Below are positions 22,688-33,839 of a DNA stretch of 64,000 nucleotides, one piece after another. The notes under the pieces were generated by a model. That model ran no database searches, was not told the origin of the DNA, and saw nothing but the letters and a program-made list of their open reading frames with translations. Each line of letters begins with the position of its first letter. Position 1 is the first letter of the stretch. The position numbers were made by a program, and so were the translations under genes. Source of the DNA: an uncultured Gemmatimonadales bacterium (GTDB lineage Bacteria > Gemmatimonadota > Gemmatimonadetes > Gemmatimonadales > GWC2-71-9); contig CAWJIM010000016.1 in NCBI GenBank assembly GCA_963842945.1, forward strand, positions 32,001 to 96,000, read 5' to 3'.

Positions 22688-23245
22688 ATGAGCCAGATCC
22701 TGATCAGCTACGGAACCTCCTACGGCCACACCGAGAAGGTTGTCCGGCGAATGAGCCAGGTGCTGCAAAATCATGGCCATTCGGTGAGTACCTACCGGGC
22801 CGATCGGCTTCCTCCGGATATCCGAGTCGGCACCTACGATGCCTGCATAGTGGCCGGCTCGGTTATCAGCGGGAAGCATCAGCGTTACCTGCTGGACTTC
22901 GTGCGACAGCATGCCGGCGAGCTGAATGCCACCACCTCGGCCTTCATTTCGGTTTCCGGATCGGCCAGGGATGCGCCTGATCAGGCGTGCCGCTGCGCCG
23001 AGTCCTTTGTGCGCGACGCGGGCTGGCGCCCAACTTTCATCTACTGCGTCGCCGGTGCCATGGCATTTACCCGGTACAACTGGCTGCTTCGGTTGATCAT
23101 GAAATGGATCAGCCGGTCACATGGGGGACCTACTGATACCAGCCGGGACTACGACCTGACCGACTGGCCCGCGCTGGACCGGTTTACGGCCGAGCTGGCC
23201 GAGGCTGTGCCGGCGCGAGCGAAGTTCCAGACCTCACCTCCATGA
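22688..23245 (+). CDS. Flavodoxin-domain protein, HemG-like protoporphyrinogen oxidase
   Basis: ILI.Y.T.YGHT, AF.SVS, AGA...RY.....IM..I....GG.TDT..D...TDW. Confidence 0.75.
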   Translation: MSQILISYGTSYGHTEKVVRRMSQVLQNHGHSVSTYRADRLPPDIRVGTYDACIVAGSVISGKHQRYLLDFVRQHAGELNATTSAFISVSGSARDAPDQACRCAESFVRDAGWRPTFIYCVAGAMAFTRYNWLLRLIMKWISRSHGGPTDTSRDYDLTDWPALDRFTAELAEAVPARAKFQTSPP

Positions 23246-23399
23246 GGTGCACTGTGACCTTCGCCGACAGATCATCTGGCAAGGCCAGTGCCGACATGAT
23301 CCCGACCGTTGCCGGCCAGCAGACAGCCTGATCTCCTCGCCGACCCAGCTTGCTCGTCCGGCAGGAGAACTGCGCGCGCTAAGGAAGTGAAGGTCTACG

Positions 23400-24079
23400 A
23401 TGAACAGCCCATAGCGAAAACAGATAGGGGAGGAGAAAAGCTGGCAACCCTCCTGCTGGTGTGCGGCATCGTCTCTTCGCTGCTGTACGCCGCGATGCTG
23501 GCCGTTGTTCCGCTGCGGTGGGACGGGTACAGCTCTGCCGCTCAAACGGTCAGCGAGCTGTCCGCCATCGGCGCGCCGACCCGATCGCTCTGGGTGCCGC
23601 TCGGGATCCTGTGGACCCTGCTCTATGCCCTCTTCGGTTGGGGAGTCTGGCAGGCAGCGGGACGGAGCCGTTCTCTGCGGATTGCCGGAGCCGTCATCAT
23701 CGCGCATGGCGTGTTCGGAATCTTCTGGCCCCCGATGCACCTGCGCGGAACCCCGCCCTCGCTGACAGACACCCTGCACATCGTGTGGTCGATGGTGACC
23801 GTGCTGCTCATGGCGCTCGCGATTGGCTTCGCGGCTGCGGCGCTGGGCAAGCGATTCCGTCTGTATTCCATCCTGACGCTGCTGGTCTTCATCCCGTTCG
23901 GGATTCTGACCGGGATGGATGGCCCCCGGATCGCGGCCAATCTGCCCACACCGATGATCGGCGTCTGGGAGCGGATCAACATCGGGGTCTGGTTGCTCTG
24001 GGTCGTGGTGCTGGCCGTCGCCCTGCTGCGGCGATGCGCGCTCCGGGGATGCGACCGGCGTGCTCCGGTGAGGCCATAA
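23400..24079 (+). CDS. DUF998-like membrane protein (start uncertain)
   Basis: YS...QTVSELSA.G, TD.LH, G.WER motifs; five hydrophobic segments. Confidence 0.7.
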
Positions 24080-25272
24080 CGCAGGTTCATGGGCTGGTCG
24101 CCCCGGGCTTCGAGGAGGTCCGCGCCGAGTTCGCGCGCAACTTCGCCGAGCGGGGGGAAATCGGCGCCGCCGTCGCAGCGTACTGGCGGGGCGAGAAGGT
24201 GGTGGACCTGTGGGGCGGCCGCCGCACGCCCGAGGGCGACGCGCCGTGGAACGAGGACACCATGGTCGTCGTCATGTCCAGCACCAAGGGCCTCTCGGCC
24301 ATGACCCTCGCGGTGGCGAACGCGCGCGGCTGGATCGATTACGACGCGCCGGTCGCCCGGTACTGGCCCGAGTTCGCCCAGAACGGCAAGGCCGGCGTCA
24401 CCGTGCGCCAGCTGCTCGGCCATGAGGCCGGACTGGTCGTGCTGGACGAGCCGCTGACACTCGAGCGGTTGAACGATCTCGATGACGTAGCGCGTCTGCT
24501 AGCCCGGCAGAAGCCGGCCTGGCCGCCGGGCACCCGGCACGGGTATCACACGATGACGATCGGCCTGTGCATGCAGGAGCTGATCCGCCGGGTCGATCCC
24601 AGGCATCGCACGCTGGGGCGGTTCTTTCAGGAGGAGATCGCGGCTCCGCTGGGACTCGACTTCTACATCGGCCTTCCTCATGAGATCCCCGATGAGCGCC
24701 TGGCCAAGGTGAAACCGCTCTCTCGCGGGCGCGGCCTGCTGGCGCTGCGCTACACCCCGCCGGCCGTGACGTTGAAGATGATCATGCCGGGATCGCTGCT
24801 CCGCCGATCCTTTTCTGGCTTGAGTGTCGACCCCACCGCCCGGGCCTACCTCGATGTCGAGGTGCCCGCCGGGAATGGCGTGGGTACCGCGCGCGCGATC
24901 GCCCGAGCCTACTCCGCCTTCGCCGAAGGGGGCGCCGAGCTGGGCATCACGCCGGAAACGTTCGCTCGCATCACCGAGCCACCGGTGGTCGCCCGGCCCA
25001 AGGACGAGGTCATCGGCCTCCCGAGCTACTTCTCGCTGGGCTTCCTGCGCCCCGGGCCCGAGGTGGCGTTCGGCTCCAGCCAGCGCGCTTTCGGCTCGCC
25101 CGGTGCCGGCGGCTCCTTCGGGTTTGCCGATCCCGACGCGCGCCTGGGCTACGCCTATGTAATGAACAAACTGGACTTCTATCTGGTGGACGACCCGCGG
25201 GAGAAGGCGCTGCGCGATGCGGTGTACCGGGCCATTGCGCGAATCACCATCCGCTCGGAGAGGAGGCGGTGA
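24049..25272 (+). CDS. Serine hydrolase (class C beta-lactamase-like esterase)
   Basis: VVDLWGG, SSTK (SxxK), LLGHEAGL, PGT.HGYH, G.GGS.GFADP. Confidence 0.85.
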   Translation: MRPACSGEAITQVHGLVAPGFEEVRAEFARNFAERGEIGAAVAAYWRGEKVVDLWGGRRTPEGDAPWNEDTMVVVMSSTKGLSAMTLAVANARGWIDYDAPVARYWPEFAQNGKAGVTVRQLLGHEAGLVVLDEPLTLERLNDLDDVARLLARQKPAWPPGTRHGYHTMTIGLCMQELIRRVDPRHRTLGRFFQEEIAAPLGLDFYIGLPHEIPDERLAKVKPLSRGRGLLALRYTPPAVTLKMIMPGSLLRRSFSGLSVDPTARAYLDVEVPAGNGVGTARAIARAYSAFAEGGAELGITPETFARITEPPVVARPKDEVIGLPSYFSLGFLRPGPEVAFGSSQRAFGSPGAGGSFGFADPDARLGYAYVMNKLDFYLVDDPREKALRDAVYRAIARITIRSERRR

Positions 25273-25339
25273 GCGGACCCGTGGCCGGATGCGAGTGGCG
25301 GTTTCCAGCGCGCTGTAGTCAGGCGGTCTCGCTTCTTCA

Positions 25340-26243
25340 TCATGGCCACAACCACGCGGCGCCTCGAACTCCGCTCGAGTCTCCATGCACGTTCAAGAGG
25401 ATACGGGTGGCCACCCGGTCGGAGAAGACGTAGCGAGGCAGGAGGACGGTAACTGCGGAGGTGAGGTCGGGGAGATTGGACATCCCGCCGCCGAGGACGA
25501 TTGCATCCGGATCCAGGATATTGGTCATCGCGGCCAGTGATCGGGCGAGCCGGTCCTCATATCTCCTGAGCGCGCCGATCGCATGGGCGTCGCCCTCGGC
25601 CGCCGCGCTCACGATGTCGCGGACCGGTCCTGCGCCTGCCGCTCAGAAGCGTATAGTCTCGTTCGAAGCCGGGCCCGGAAAGAAACGTCTCCACGCATCC
25701 GGTCTTGCCGCAGTAGCACGCCGATGCGGTGGAACGCTCCTCGTCGGTCATCCAGGGGAGCGGGTTGTGTCCCCACTCGCCGGCGATCTGGTTCGGCCCC
25801 TCGTGAATTCGCTGCCGCAGCGCAATCCCGCCGCCTACCCCAGTGCCCAGGATCACGCCGAACACGGTATCGAAACCCCGGCCCGCGCCGTCGATCGCCT
25901 CCGATAGCGTGAAGCAGTTGGCATCGTTGGCTACGCGAACTGGCCGGGAGAGTCGGGCCTCCAGGTCGGCCAGCAGCGGTCGACCGTTGAGCCAGGTGGA
26001 GTTCGCGTTCTTGACCAGACCGGTGGCGTGGCTGACGACCCCCGGGATTCCGATGCCGACTGAGCCGGGACGCCCCGCCTCACGCTCGATGTCGGCGACG
26101 AGGTCCGTGATCGCATCGATCGCCCCGGCATAGCTGCGTGGCGAGGCGACTCGGCGTGGCACTGCCAGGAGCGTGTCCGCCTTGAGGCCGATCCCTTCGA
26201 TCTTGGTGCCGCCCAGATCGATGCCGATCTGCATCTGTGCCAT
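25340..26243 (-). CDS. ROK-family sugar kinase (fructokinase Mak-like); frameshift ~25630
   Basis: GIDLGGTKIE, NDANC..LSE, ILGTGVGGG, GEWGH, CYCG..GC.E, GDSSGVRGAAWL. Confidence 0.88.
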
Positions 26244-26249
26244 CAACAA

Positions 26250-26303
26250 TGAAGGATTCTTCATGGGCGGTTCCTCCCCACGTCATTCCTCCTATCAGAC
26301 ATT
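26250..26303 (+). promoter_or_regulatory. CTTCA-repeat promoter box 10 (protease-Kelch gene)
   Basis: TGAAG-N4-CTTCA-N6-GTTCC-N6-CGTCA-N12-GACATT. Confidence 0.68.
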
Positions 26304-26408
26304 AACTGTACGAACACGCTGAGAGTGACCGGGTCATTCCTCCAGATGCGGACCGCATCAGTTCCTGCCCGGTGCTTTCGGCAGGCTTTTGCGAGAAGGG
26401 AGTGACTC

Positions 26409-28662
26409 ATGTATACAGGATCGCTCGTAACCGCCGCTGCCGTGGCGCTTGCTGTCCTCGGCTGCCAGAACGAGCCGACAGCTCCAAGGGCCGAGATGCT
26501 TCTCGCGCTGACCGGTCGGCTGCACGCCCACTCGAAGGCTGGTTCCATGTCATATGGGTTGACCCTGGGCCGGGGCACGGTCCGGCGAGCGTCCGATACC
26601 AGCTCGTTGACGCTCGGGGGCATGGTACCGAGCTGGAATTAAGTCCGGGGCTGGGCGCCCGATGGGGAGGGCCGCGCGGACTCGACCGGCGGAAGGTCCG
26701 GGTCGATGGAACTCCGTGGCCAGGGGCCGGTTTCGCGTCCACTCGATCGAGCCGGTCGCCGGGCCTGCCGGTGCTGGGCCGTCCGCAGTACAAATCGGCT
26801 CCCGTCCTTACGTCACCATCCTCTGCAAGTTCTCCGACATTGCGGCAGAGCCCCAGACGGTCGCGACGTATAGCCTGGACCACCGGCACCTCCTACCCCG
26901 GACTCGATCACTACTGGCGCGAGCTGTCGTACAACAAGATGAACGTCACCGGCAGCATCGTGGTTGGGTGGTACACGCTGCCGCACCCGATGTCCATTAC
27001 TACCCAGGACGCCGCCTGGGACCTGGTGAGCCTGACTGCGCGATTGCACCGCGCGCCGCGGATTCCGACGTGAACTTTCCCCAGTTCTAGGGCATCAACC
27101 TGCAGGTCAACGGCCCCGGTAGGATGGTGCCTTGGGGGCGGCTGGACGCTCACCGCGACGGCCAGACCAAGAACTACGGTATGACATGGCTGGAGCCATG
27201 GGACCACGCGGCCTTATACGCCCACGAGGACGGTCACACGCTCGGGCTGCTACACTCCTCCGGCCCATATGCCAGCCTTACGATTCGCGGTGGGACGTGA
27301 TGAGCTACTGGAGTACTGGGGACGGCCTCGACGAGCTATGGCGTCCCGCAGCACACCATCAGCTACCACAAGGACCTGCTCGGGTGGATCCCCGCAGCCC
27401 GGAAGCTCACCGTGGGGCCGAACACCAGCGGGACGATCACGCTGGAGCGCCTCGCTCTGCCCGGCCCGGGTAATTACCTGATGGCCCAGATCCCCATGGA
27501 CAACGCCCCGGGCCAGTTCTACACGGTGGAGGCCCGCCGGCGAGTAGGATACGACAACGGCTTCCCCCGGCAACGCAGTGGTGCTGCACCGGGTCGATCC
27601 ACCGAATGGCCCTGGATCGGTTATGACCGTTAGCTCAGGTGGTGGACGTCGACAACAATGGCGACCCGAACGATGACGGCGCGAGTGGACGCCGGGCGAG
27701 ACCTTCACCGATGCGGCCAACAAAATCACGGTCACGGTCAACGCGCAGACCGCCACCGGCTTCCGGGTCACGATCAAGCGCGGGACGCCCCGGCCTGGGT
27801 GAGCCGGGCTTCGATGTCGACCGCCCGCCGAGCCCTTGCCGTCGCGGTCGCTAACGGCAGCGTCTACGCCATCGGCGGAGCGAATGCCGCAGGGCACGGT
27901 GCTCCGGACGGTGCAGGCCTACAGTCCGAGCCACCAACGGATGGACCACCAGGGCCTCGATTCCGGCGGCTCGGCAGGGCGGCAATGGCGCCGTCACGAT
28001 CAATGGGACCGTGTACCTGCCCGGCGGCGAGGACGCGGCGGCGAGCGCTGACCCGGACGCTGTACGCCTACAATACGGCCACCAACGTATGGAGCACCCG
28101 CGCCCAGATGCCGGCATATGCCGCCTGCGGCGGATCGGCCGTGATCGCCGCGAGGGTCTACGTCTTCAGCGGCTGCACCCGCTCCAGCACCGGCGCCACG
28201 ATCAACGCGGGGGTGCTGCACCGGTACAACCCGACTACCAATACCTGGACCACGCTCAAGGCTGCTCCGGTCACGCACTTTCGGCCGGTGGTCGCGGCCA
28301 TCGGCGGCAAGCTCTACGTGGCGGGCGGAAACAACGCCGCGGGCACCGCCCTGCGCCGAGTGGATGTGTATGACCCGGCGACGAACACCTGGTCCACCGG
28401 AGCGGCCATCCCCACTGCTCGAGCGAACGCCGGGGCAGCCTTCATCGCAGGCAAGTGGTATGTCTTCGGTGGCAAGAAGGGGACGACCTATCTGAATACT
28501 CTCGAGGTCTACGATCCGGCCGCCAACGCCTGGACCAGCCGGCCCGCGATGCCCACGGCACGGGCGGCGTTGGGGGTCGGAGGTGTCAGCGGACTGATCT
28601 ACGCCGTCGGAGGCCGGAACGCGACCGCTGCACTCGCTACCAACGAGCGCTTCACGCCCTAG
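26409..28662 (+). CDS. Lipoprotein with metzincin (M6-like) metallopeptidase domain and C-terminal Kelch propeller (K3); many frameshifts
   Basis: Lipobox VLG-C; YW.E.SY.KMNV.G; HEDGHTLGLLH at ~27223; WDVMS Met-turn; YHK..LGWI; Kelch blades from ~27800. Confidence 0.75.
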
Positions 28663-28685
28663 ACAGGAGATGGATCGCCATCTAG

Positions 28686-28718
28686 AACGCCTCCGGCCAC
28701 CGGAGGCGTTTTCTTTTT
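28686..28718 (+). terminator. Intrinsic terminator
   Basis: AACGCCTCCGG-CCA-CCGGAGGCGTT followed by T-rich tail. Confidence 0.85.
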
Positions 28719-28739
28719 GGCCGCTGTACGTTTCCGCCT

Positions 28740-30375
28740 ATGACCCTGCCGGCCAAGCGCGGCCTGGACCTGCTGCACGATCCTCGACTCAACAAGGGCA
28801 CCGCCTTTACGCGTGGAAGAGCGCGACGCGCTCGGTCTCCACGGACTGCTGCCCCCGCGGGTCTTCACCATCGAGCAGCAGCTCGAGCGGGTGATGGAGA
28901 ACTTCCGGGCCAAGCCATCCGATCTCGAGCGATACGTGTACCTGGTTGCTCTCCAGGACCGGAACGAGACTCTCTTCTATCGCGCACTGGTCGAGCACCT
29001 GACCGAGATGATGCCGATCGTCTACACCCCGACGGTGGGGGAGGCCTGTGCCCGGTTCGGGCACATCTTCCGGCGCCCCCGCGGACTCTACCTGTCGGCC
29101 GGCGACAGAGGAAAGATCGCCGAGGTGCTCCGCAACTGGCCTGAGCTGGAGGTGCGAGTCATTGTGATCACCGACGGCGAGCGCATCCTTGGCTTGGGAG
29201 ACCTGGGGACGTATGGGATGGGCATCCCCATCGGCAAGCTGGCGCTCTACAGCGCGTGCGGCGGGATCCCGCCCTCGCACTGTCTGCCGGTGATGCTAGA
29301 CGTGGGCACCGAAAACCCTGCGCTGCGTTGGGATCCACTCTACACCGGTCTGCTGCAGCCTCGGCTGCGGGGCCGGGAGTACGCTGACCTGGTGGATGAG
29401 TTCATGCTGGCGGTGCAGGAGGTGTTCCCGAAGGCGTTGGTGCAGTTCGAGGATTTCGCCACGGAAAATGCGGTTGGGCTGTTAGCCCGCTACCGCGACC
29501 GGATGTGCGCCTTCAACGATGATATTCAAGGCACCGCCGCAGTGACACTGGGTGCGCTCCTGGTGTCGGGCCGGATCACCGGCCGGCGACTCGAGGACGA
29601 GCGGCTGCTCTTCGTCGGCGCCGGGGCGGCGGCGCTCGGAATTGCCGATCTCATTGTCGCCGCGCTCCGCCGGGCGGGGATCGGCGAGCAAGCAGCCCGG
29701 GGCCGCATCTGGACTTTCGACTCCAATGGCCTCGTCGTTGCGGAGAGGACCGACCTCCCCGAGTGGAAGCAGCGCTACGCACATGACCATCCCCCGGTTG
29801 CCGGATTGGCTGATGCTGTTCGCGCGCTTCGGCCCACTGGATTGATCGGGGTTTCGGGGCAACCCCAGCTTTTCACCCGACGAGTGCTCGAGATCACAGC
29901 GGAGGTGACCCAGCGGCCGGTCATCTTTGCGCTCTCCAACCCGACTTCGCGGGCGGAGTGCACCGCCGAGCAGGCATATCGTTGGACCGGTGGCCGGGCG
30001 GTGTACTCCAGTGGGAGCCCATTCGATCCTGTGGAGCTCGATGGCCGCAGGTTCGAGCCATCGCAGACCAACAACGCTTACGTCTTTCCGGGGTTGGGGC
30101 TGGCTCTCACGGCGATGGCGGCGCGCCGGGTCACGGACGGGATGCTGCTGGCGGCCGCTGAAGCGCTGGCGAACCAGGTCGCCGAGGGGGCGCTCGCGCG
30201 TGGAGCAGTGCTCCCGCCGCTGGAGCGAATCCGCGAGGTCTCGCTCGATATCGCTGCCGCAGTGGCCCGGGTCATTACCGAGGAGGGCCACGCCGGGCGC
30301 GAGCTCCCGAATGATCTGGAGTCCTACCTTCTCGATCGCATGTATCAGCCGGTCTATCCCGAGTACCTGAGCTGA
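28740..30375 (+). CDS. NAD-dependent malic enzyme; frameshift ~28810
   Basis: LNKGTAF, LQDRNETLFY, VYTPTVG, TDGERILGLGD, QFEDF, FNDDIQGT, GAGAA, LSNPT. Confidence 0.93.
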
Positions 30376-30549
30376 ACCCTCTGCGGTGATCCCGCGCTGG
30401 TGCGGCTGCTCCGGGGCGCTGCCGAGTCGACAGTCGCGTGCTTTCCCCCTCTCGTGCGCGGGAAAAGGCGCAACGCGACGCGGTCTACGCGCGAATACGA
30501 AGCTCGCTAGCAGTCAAGACAGTCCTGCAGGGGGGAAAACTTGTCTGGA

Positions 30550-31524
30550 TCAGTGTCTAGGGACGTCAATCGTGAATGGCACCGTGTTCCTGAAGCGGGT
30601 TCTGATCAACTGGTTTCCCGTCGCGCGAGCCGCCCGGGAGACCAGGAGCGGGACCCAATGGGCCGGGAACTCCGACAGATCTGCCAGGAACTCCACTTCG
30701 ATCTGAAATGCGGAGTGCTTGAAGCCACGGCCTCTGGCGTGGTCCAGGTGACCTAGGTCTATATCGCTCAGTGTATGCGGGTACCAGTAGTCTTTGCCAC
30801 CTGCATCGTGCCGCAACACCCCCTGCCAGTCACCATACTGGATGTGCGTCGCCTCGTGCAGCATCGTACCGGCGCGGTGTCCGGGGTCGCTCGCCCGATT
30901 CAGGCTGGGACACCACATCTCCACCCGATCCCTGGCGCGCCACCCCATGACCGCGTGACCGTAGACGTTGTGCCCGTCACTGATGGTCTGGTTTCTGGGC
31001 TGGTATCGGAAGCCATGGACCGAGCCCGAAGCCCACTTGGTATAGTCACTACTGCTGTGCCACGGGCGCCCAGCTCCATTCCTCGGTGGAAGGCTCCTCT
31101 GGCTGCCGACAAGAGGGTTGTAGCCGACCACCTGCTGCGGGCCACCACCGGCAACGCCGGGCCGCACTAACCCGGTGTCCACCCCGGCTCGCAGGAGAAA
31201 GGCCGCATTCATCATCTTCGAGAACGCAGAATTCGGAGACGACTTTCCCCAGCCCCAGCCATCGCCCCACTGCTTCTCCTGCAAGTTGAAGTAATCGGCG
31301 AACACCGCCTGGAAAGCCGAATCCCCTGCCAGTGCTGCCGCAATCTGGATGTCCTCGGGGTTGGCAGCCGTTCCACAGGTTGGATCGTCAGCTCCGGCAA
31401 AGGCCGCGACCATAACTGCGGCGGCAAGCGCCGCGAATAGTCCTCGGCACCTACCGGCACTCCTGGCGATCACGCCAACGCCAGGTTTAAGGGGCGACCT
31501 CTCCTCTCGCCGTATCGGTGCCAA
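30550..31524 (-). CDS. Hypothetical exported protein with HExxH (zincin-like) motif
   Basis: Hydrophobic signal ending AFA; AGTMLHEATH; start uncertain. Confidence 0.55.
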   Translation of the reverse strand: MAPIRREERSPLKPGVGVIARSAGRCRGLFAALAAAVMVAAFAGADDPTCGTAANPEDIQIAAALAGDSAFQAVFADYFNLQEKQWGDGWGWGKSSPNSAFSKMMNAAFLLRAGVDTGLVRPGVAGGGPQQVVGYNPLVGSQRSLPPRNGAGRPWHSSSDYTKWASGSVHGFRYQPRNQTISDGHNVYGHAVMGWRARDRVEMWCPSLNRASDPGHRAGTMLHEATHIQYGDWQGVLRHDAGGKDYWYPHTLSDIDLGHLDHARGRGFKHSAFQIEVEFLADLSEFPAHWVPLLVSRAARATGNQLIRTRFRNTVPFTIDVPRH

Positions 31525-32201
31525 TCTCCGGCCGCTCCAAAAGGGGATACAGAGTGGTGGGAAGCTGTTTTTTCAAGCTGCTTTGAGCGTCAGGGTCGCC
31601 TCGATGGCGCCGCAGGTAGGCGTTGATTGCTGCCATTCGAACCACAACTGACTCATGACCTCGGATGATCGTCACCAGTACCTGGTCAATTCCCTTCCTG
31701 GACACGGCGGATAGCTGTTCCACCGCCGTGGAAACGATCATTTCCTCCCGGTCTCGAGCCGAGAGGCCGTCGGATATCCTGGCTGCAGGGAGCGGAGTCC
31801 AAATGATGGAATTCAGCTGACGGACTATGGCGCTCGCCCCCAAGGAGCCCAGGAGTTGGACCGCCTGGAAGCGTTGCAGAAAGTCGGCCTTATCGAGCCC
31901 TTGGTAGTACGTGTAGATGACTGCCGGGGCCTGCGGCTGCTGGCTAAGCAAGCGTATGGCCCGCTCGAAGCTGAGTGGTGTCCTGTTGGGTAGCCCGGCC
32001 CATCTCGAGCAGGATGGCCGGCAGCCGCGTGTCCAGCGTGTGCCAAGGCGCCCTTCGCGGCAGCTCTGAAACCAGCTGCAGCGTACGATTGACCCGCGCC
32101 TTTTCGGGCTCGGAAGGAGGGAGCTCTTTGGCAGGCTGTTGGCAGCCCTGGGTCAGTGCGGCAAGCAGGACGACGGTTGCAGCTGGCGGGATCTTCATCA
32201 C
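31487..32201 (-). CDS. Hypothetical lipoprotein with HEAT-like helices; frameshift ~31960
   Basis: Signal ...LTQG-C; R.QAVQLLGSLG, VR.AAINAYL. Confidence 0.5.
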
Positions 32202-32377
32202 GAGACATAACCTACGTCGCTGAGAGAGTCGCTGATAGGCGACGGCATCCTACGCCGAGGCTGCGTGCTGCGCGGTTCACTGTGCAGCGGATGCATGACG
32301 CCGCGGGCACTATGGCCCGATTGCAGAGAGGGCTCACCGGTTTGGGCGAGCCCCTTTCCACAGTGCTGTGCTGACTA

Positions 32378-32492
32378 CTACGGGACGTATTGGAGGTTGT
32401 TGGGCACCCCACGGCAACAGCCGATCACTTCGATCCTCGGCTTGCCGTTCAGAAAGACTCGACTTGCGGCTGCGACTTGAGGATCGGGACAT
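32378..32492 (-). pseudogene. Internally deleted Kelch paralog (start joined out of frame to last ~30 codons)
   Basis: GGAGG-N6-ATG at 32492; other frame encodes AASRVFLNGKPRIEVIGCCRGVPNNLQYVP*, matching the family C-terminus. Confidence 0.75.
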
Positions 32493-32583
32493 ATGGATCC
32501 TCCGGATCGAACCCTGGGTGAAAGACTCGCCCGTGGAAGCGAGGGGCTGGCGGGCGTCCTGTCCCAAGTAATCGGGACACTAC

Positions 32584-32628
32584 AGAATGCATCAGGAGGG
32601 CGGAAACCCGTGTGAACCCGGTGTGAAG
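32584..32628 (-). promoter_or_regulatory. CTTCA-repeat promoter box 11 (Kelch remnant)
   Basis: Sense: CTTCA-N6-GTTCA-N6-TTTCC-N12-CATTCT. Confidence 0.72.
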
Positions 32629-32638
32629 GATTCCATAC

Positions 32639-32670
32639 AAAAGGGCTCACCGGTGATCCCGGTGAGCCCT
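32639..32670 (-). terminator. Intrinsic terminator of Kelch K4
   Basis: 12-bp inverted repeat AGGGCTCACCGG/CCGGTGAGCCCT, T-run on minus strand. Confidence 0.8.
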
Positions 32671-32688
32671 CGAGCGATCGTCGGGACG

Positions 32689-33774
32689 CTATGGGATGTA
32701 CTGAAGGTTGTTGCCTGGTGGGCTCCCGCCCACCACCTCGATCCGGGGCTGGCCGTCGAGGAAGACCCGGATTGCCGCGATGCCGTAGCGTGCGGTCGTC
32801 ATTGGTGCGGCGGTGGTCCAAGTATTGGTGATCGGGTGATACACCCGGGTGCTTCGGACCGGCTGCCACCCGTTGGCGCCGGGTTGCCGGCCACCCGTCA
32901 GGTACAGCATGGCGCCCTGGACCGTTGCGGCTGCATCCACGCGCACCTGGCCTCCGGTGACCTTCATGGTCCACTGGTTGGTAACCGGATCATACACTTC
33001 GATGGTCTTGCCGTCGGTCAGGTAGAGCTTGTCGTAGAGCACCCCACCCATGTGACCCGCCTGGTATACACCTTTGGGACTCGGAAGCCGGGCCCACCGG
33101 TTGGTCACCGGGTTATAGCGGAAGAAGTTCGATATCCCTGGCCGGCCACCCTCCACAGACCCACACTCGTCATAGTAGAATTCTTCAGGCACCCTTTCAA
33201 AGCAGGTACTGACCACGTAGAGCTTGCCCTTGATCACGCCGGTCAGGCCAAGGGCGCCAGACTCCGGCATGTAGGCCTTCCTGGTCCAGATATTCGTGGC
33301 CGGATCGTACTGGAAGAGTCCCCCGACGGGATCTGCGGCCTGAGAATCTTCGTCCAGATAGTACCCGCCGGAGATGTAAATCTTCCCGTTGACCACCCCA
33401 GTCCCGTTCGTGCCATATAGAGCAGTGGGCAGCCTTGCCTTCTGACTCCAGGTGTTGGTGGCGACGTTGTACGCCTGCACCCAGTCCAGGCTCATATCGG
33501 GCACGGAGTACCCATTGGGACTCTGCCCGGACCCCCGACCACCGATGACATAAACGACGGCCTGGCCGGCCGGATTCGATACCGTTGCGATGGCAGGCCA
33601 CTGGACCTCGTGGGGGATGTCGCGCCGGGTGACCCAGGTATTGTGCGCGACAGCGAGCTCCGGACCGGTGACAGTTGGAGTCTTGGTTGGGGCGGTGGTC
33701 TCGTCGGAGCCGCAGGAGGCCAAGGCCAGCACACCAAGCCCGAGGACGGTGTACCCCAGTGGAAGGTGCCTCAT
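32689..33774 (-). CDS. Kelch-repeat lipoprotein K4 (intact)
   Basis: Lipobox LAS-C; same framework as K2/K5; ends PRIEVVGG..PGNNLQYIP. Confidence 0.9.
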   Translation of the reverse strand: MRHLPLGYTVLGLGVLALASCGSDETTAPTKTPTVTGPELAVAHNTWVTRRDIPHEVQWPAIATVSNPAGQAVVYVIGGRGSGQSPNGYSVPDMSLDWVQAYNVATNTWSQKARLPTALYGTNGTGVVNGKIYISGGYYLDEDSQAADPVGGLFQYDPATNIWTRKAYMPESGALGLTGVIKGKLYVVSTCFERVPEEFYYDECGSVEGGRPGISNFFRYNPVTNRWARLPSPKGVYQAGHMGGVLYDKLYLTDGKTIEVYDPVTNQWTMKVTGGQVRVDAAATVQGAMLYLTGGRQPGANGWQPVRSTRVYHPITNTWTTAAPMTTARYGIAAIRVFLDGQPRIEVVGGSPPGNNLQYIP

Positions 33775-33839
33775 ACATCCTCCTAAAATCCCAGCCGGGG
33801 TCAGGGTCAGAATGGCCCAGGGACCCAGCTGATGGGAGG

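Noticed and set aside
23461..25272. 603-aa ORF as a fused membrane-protein hydrolase
   Set aside because: Its N-terminal third is an alternate frame of the DUF998-like gene; hydrolase homology starts near 24050
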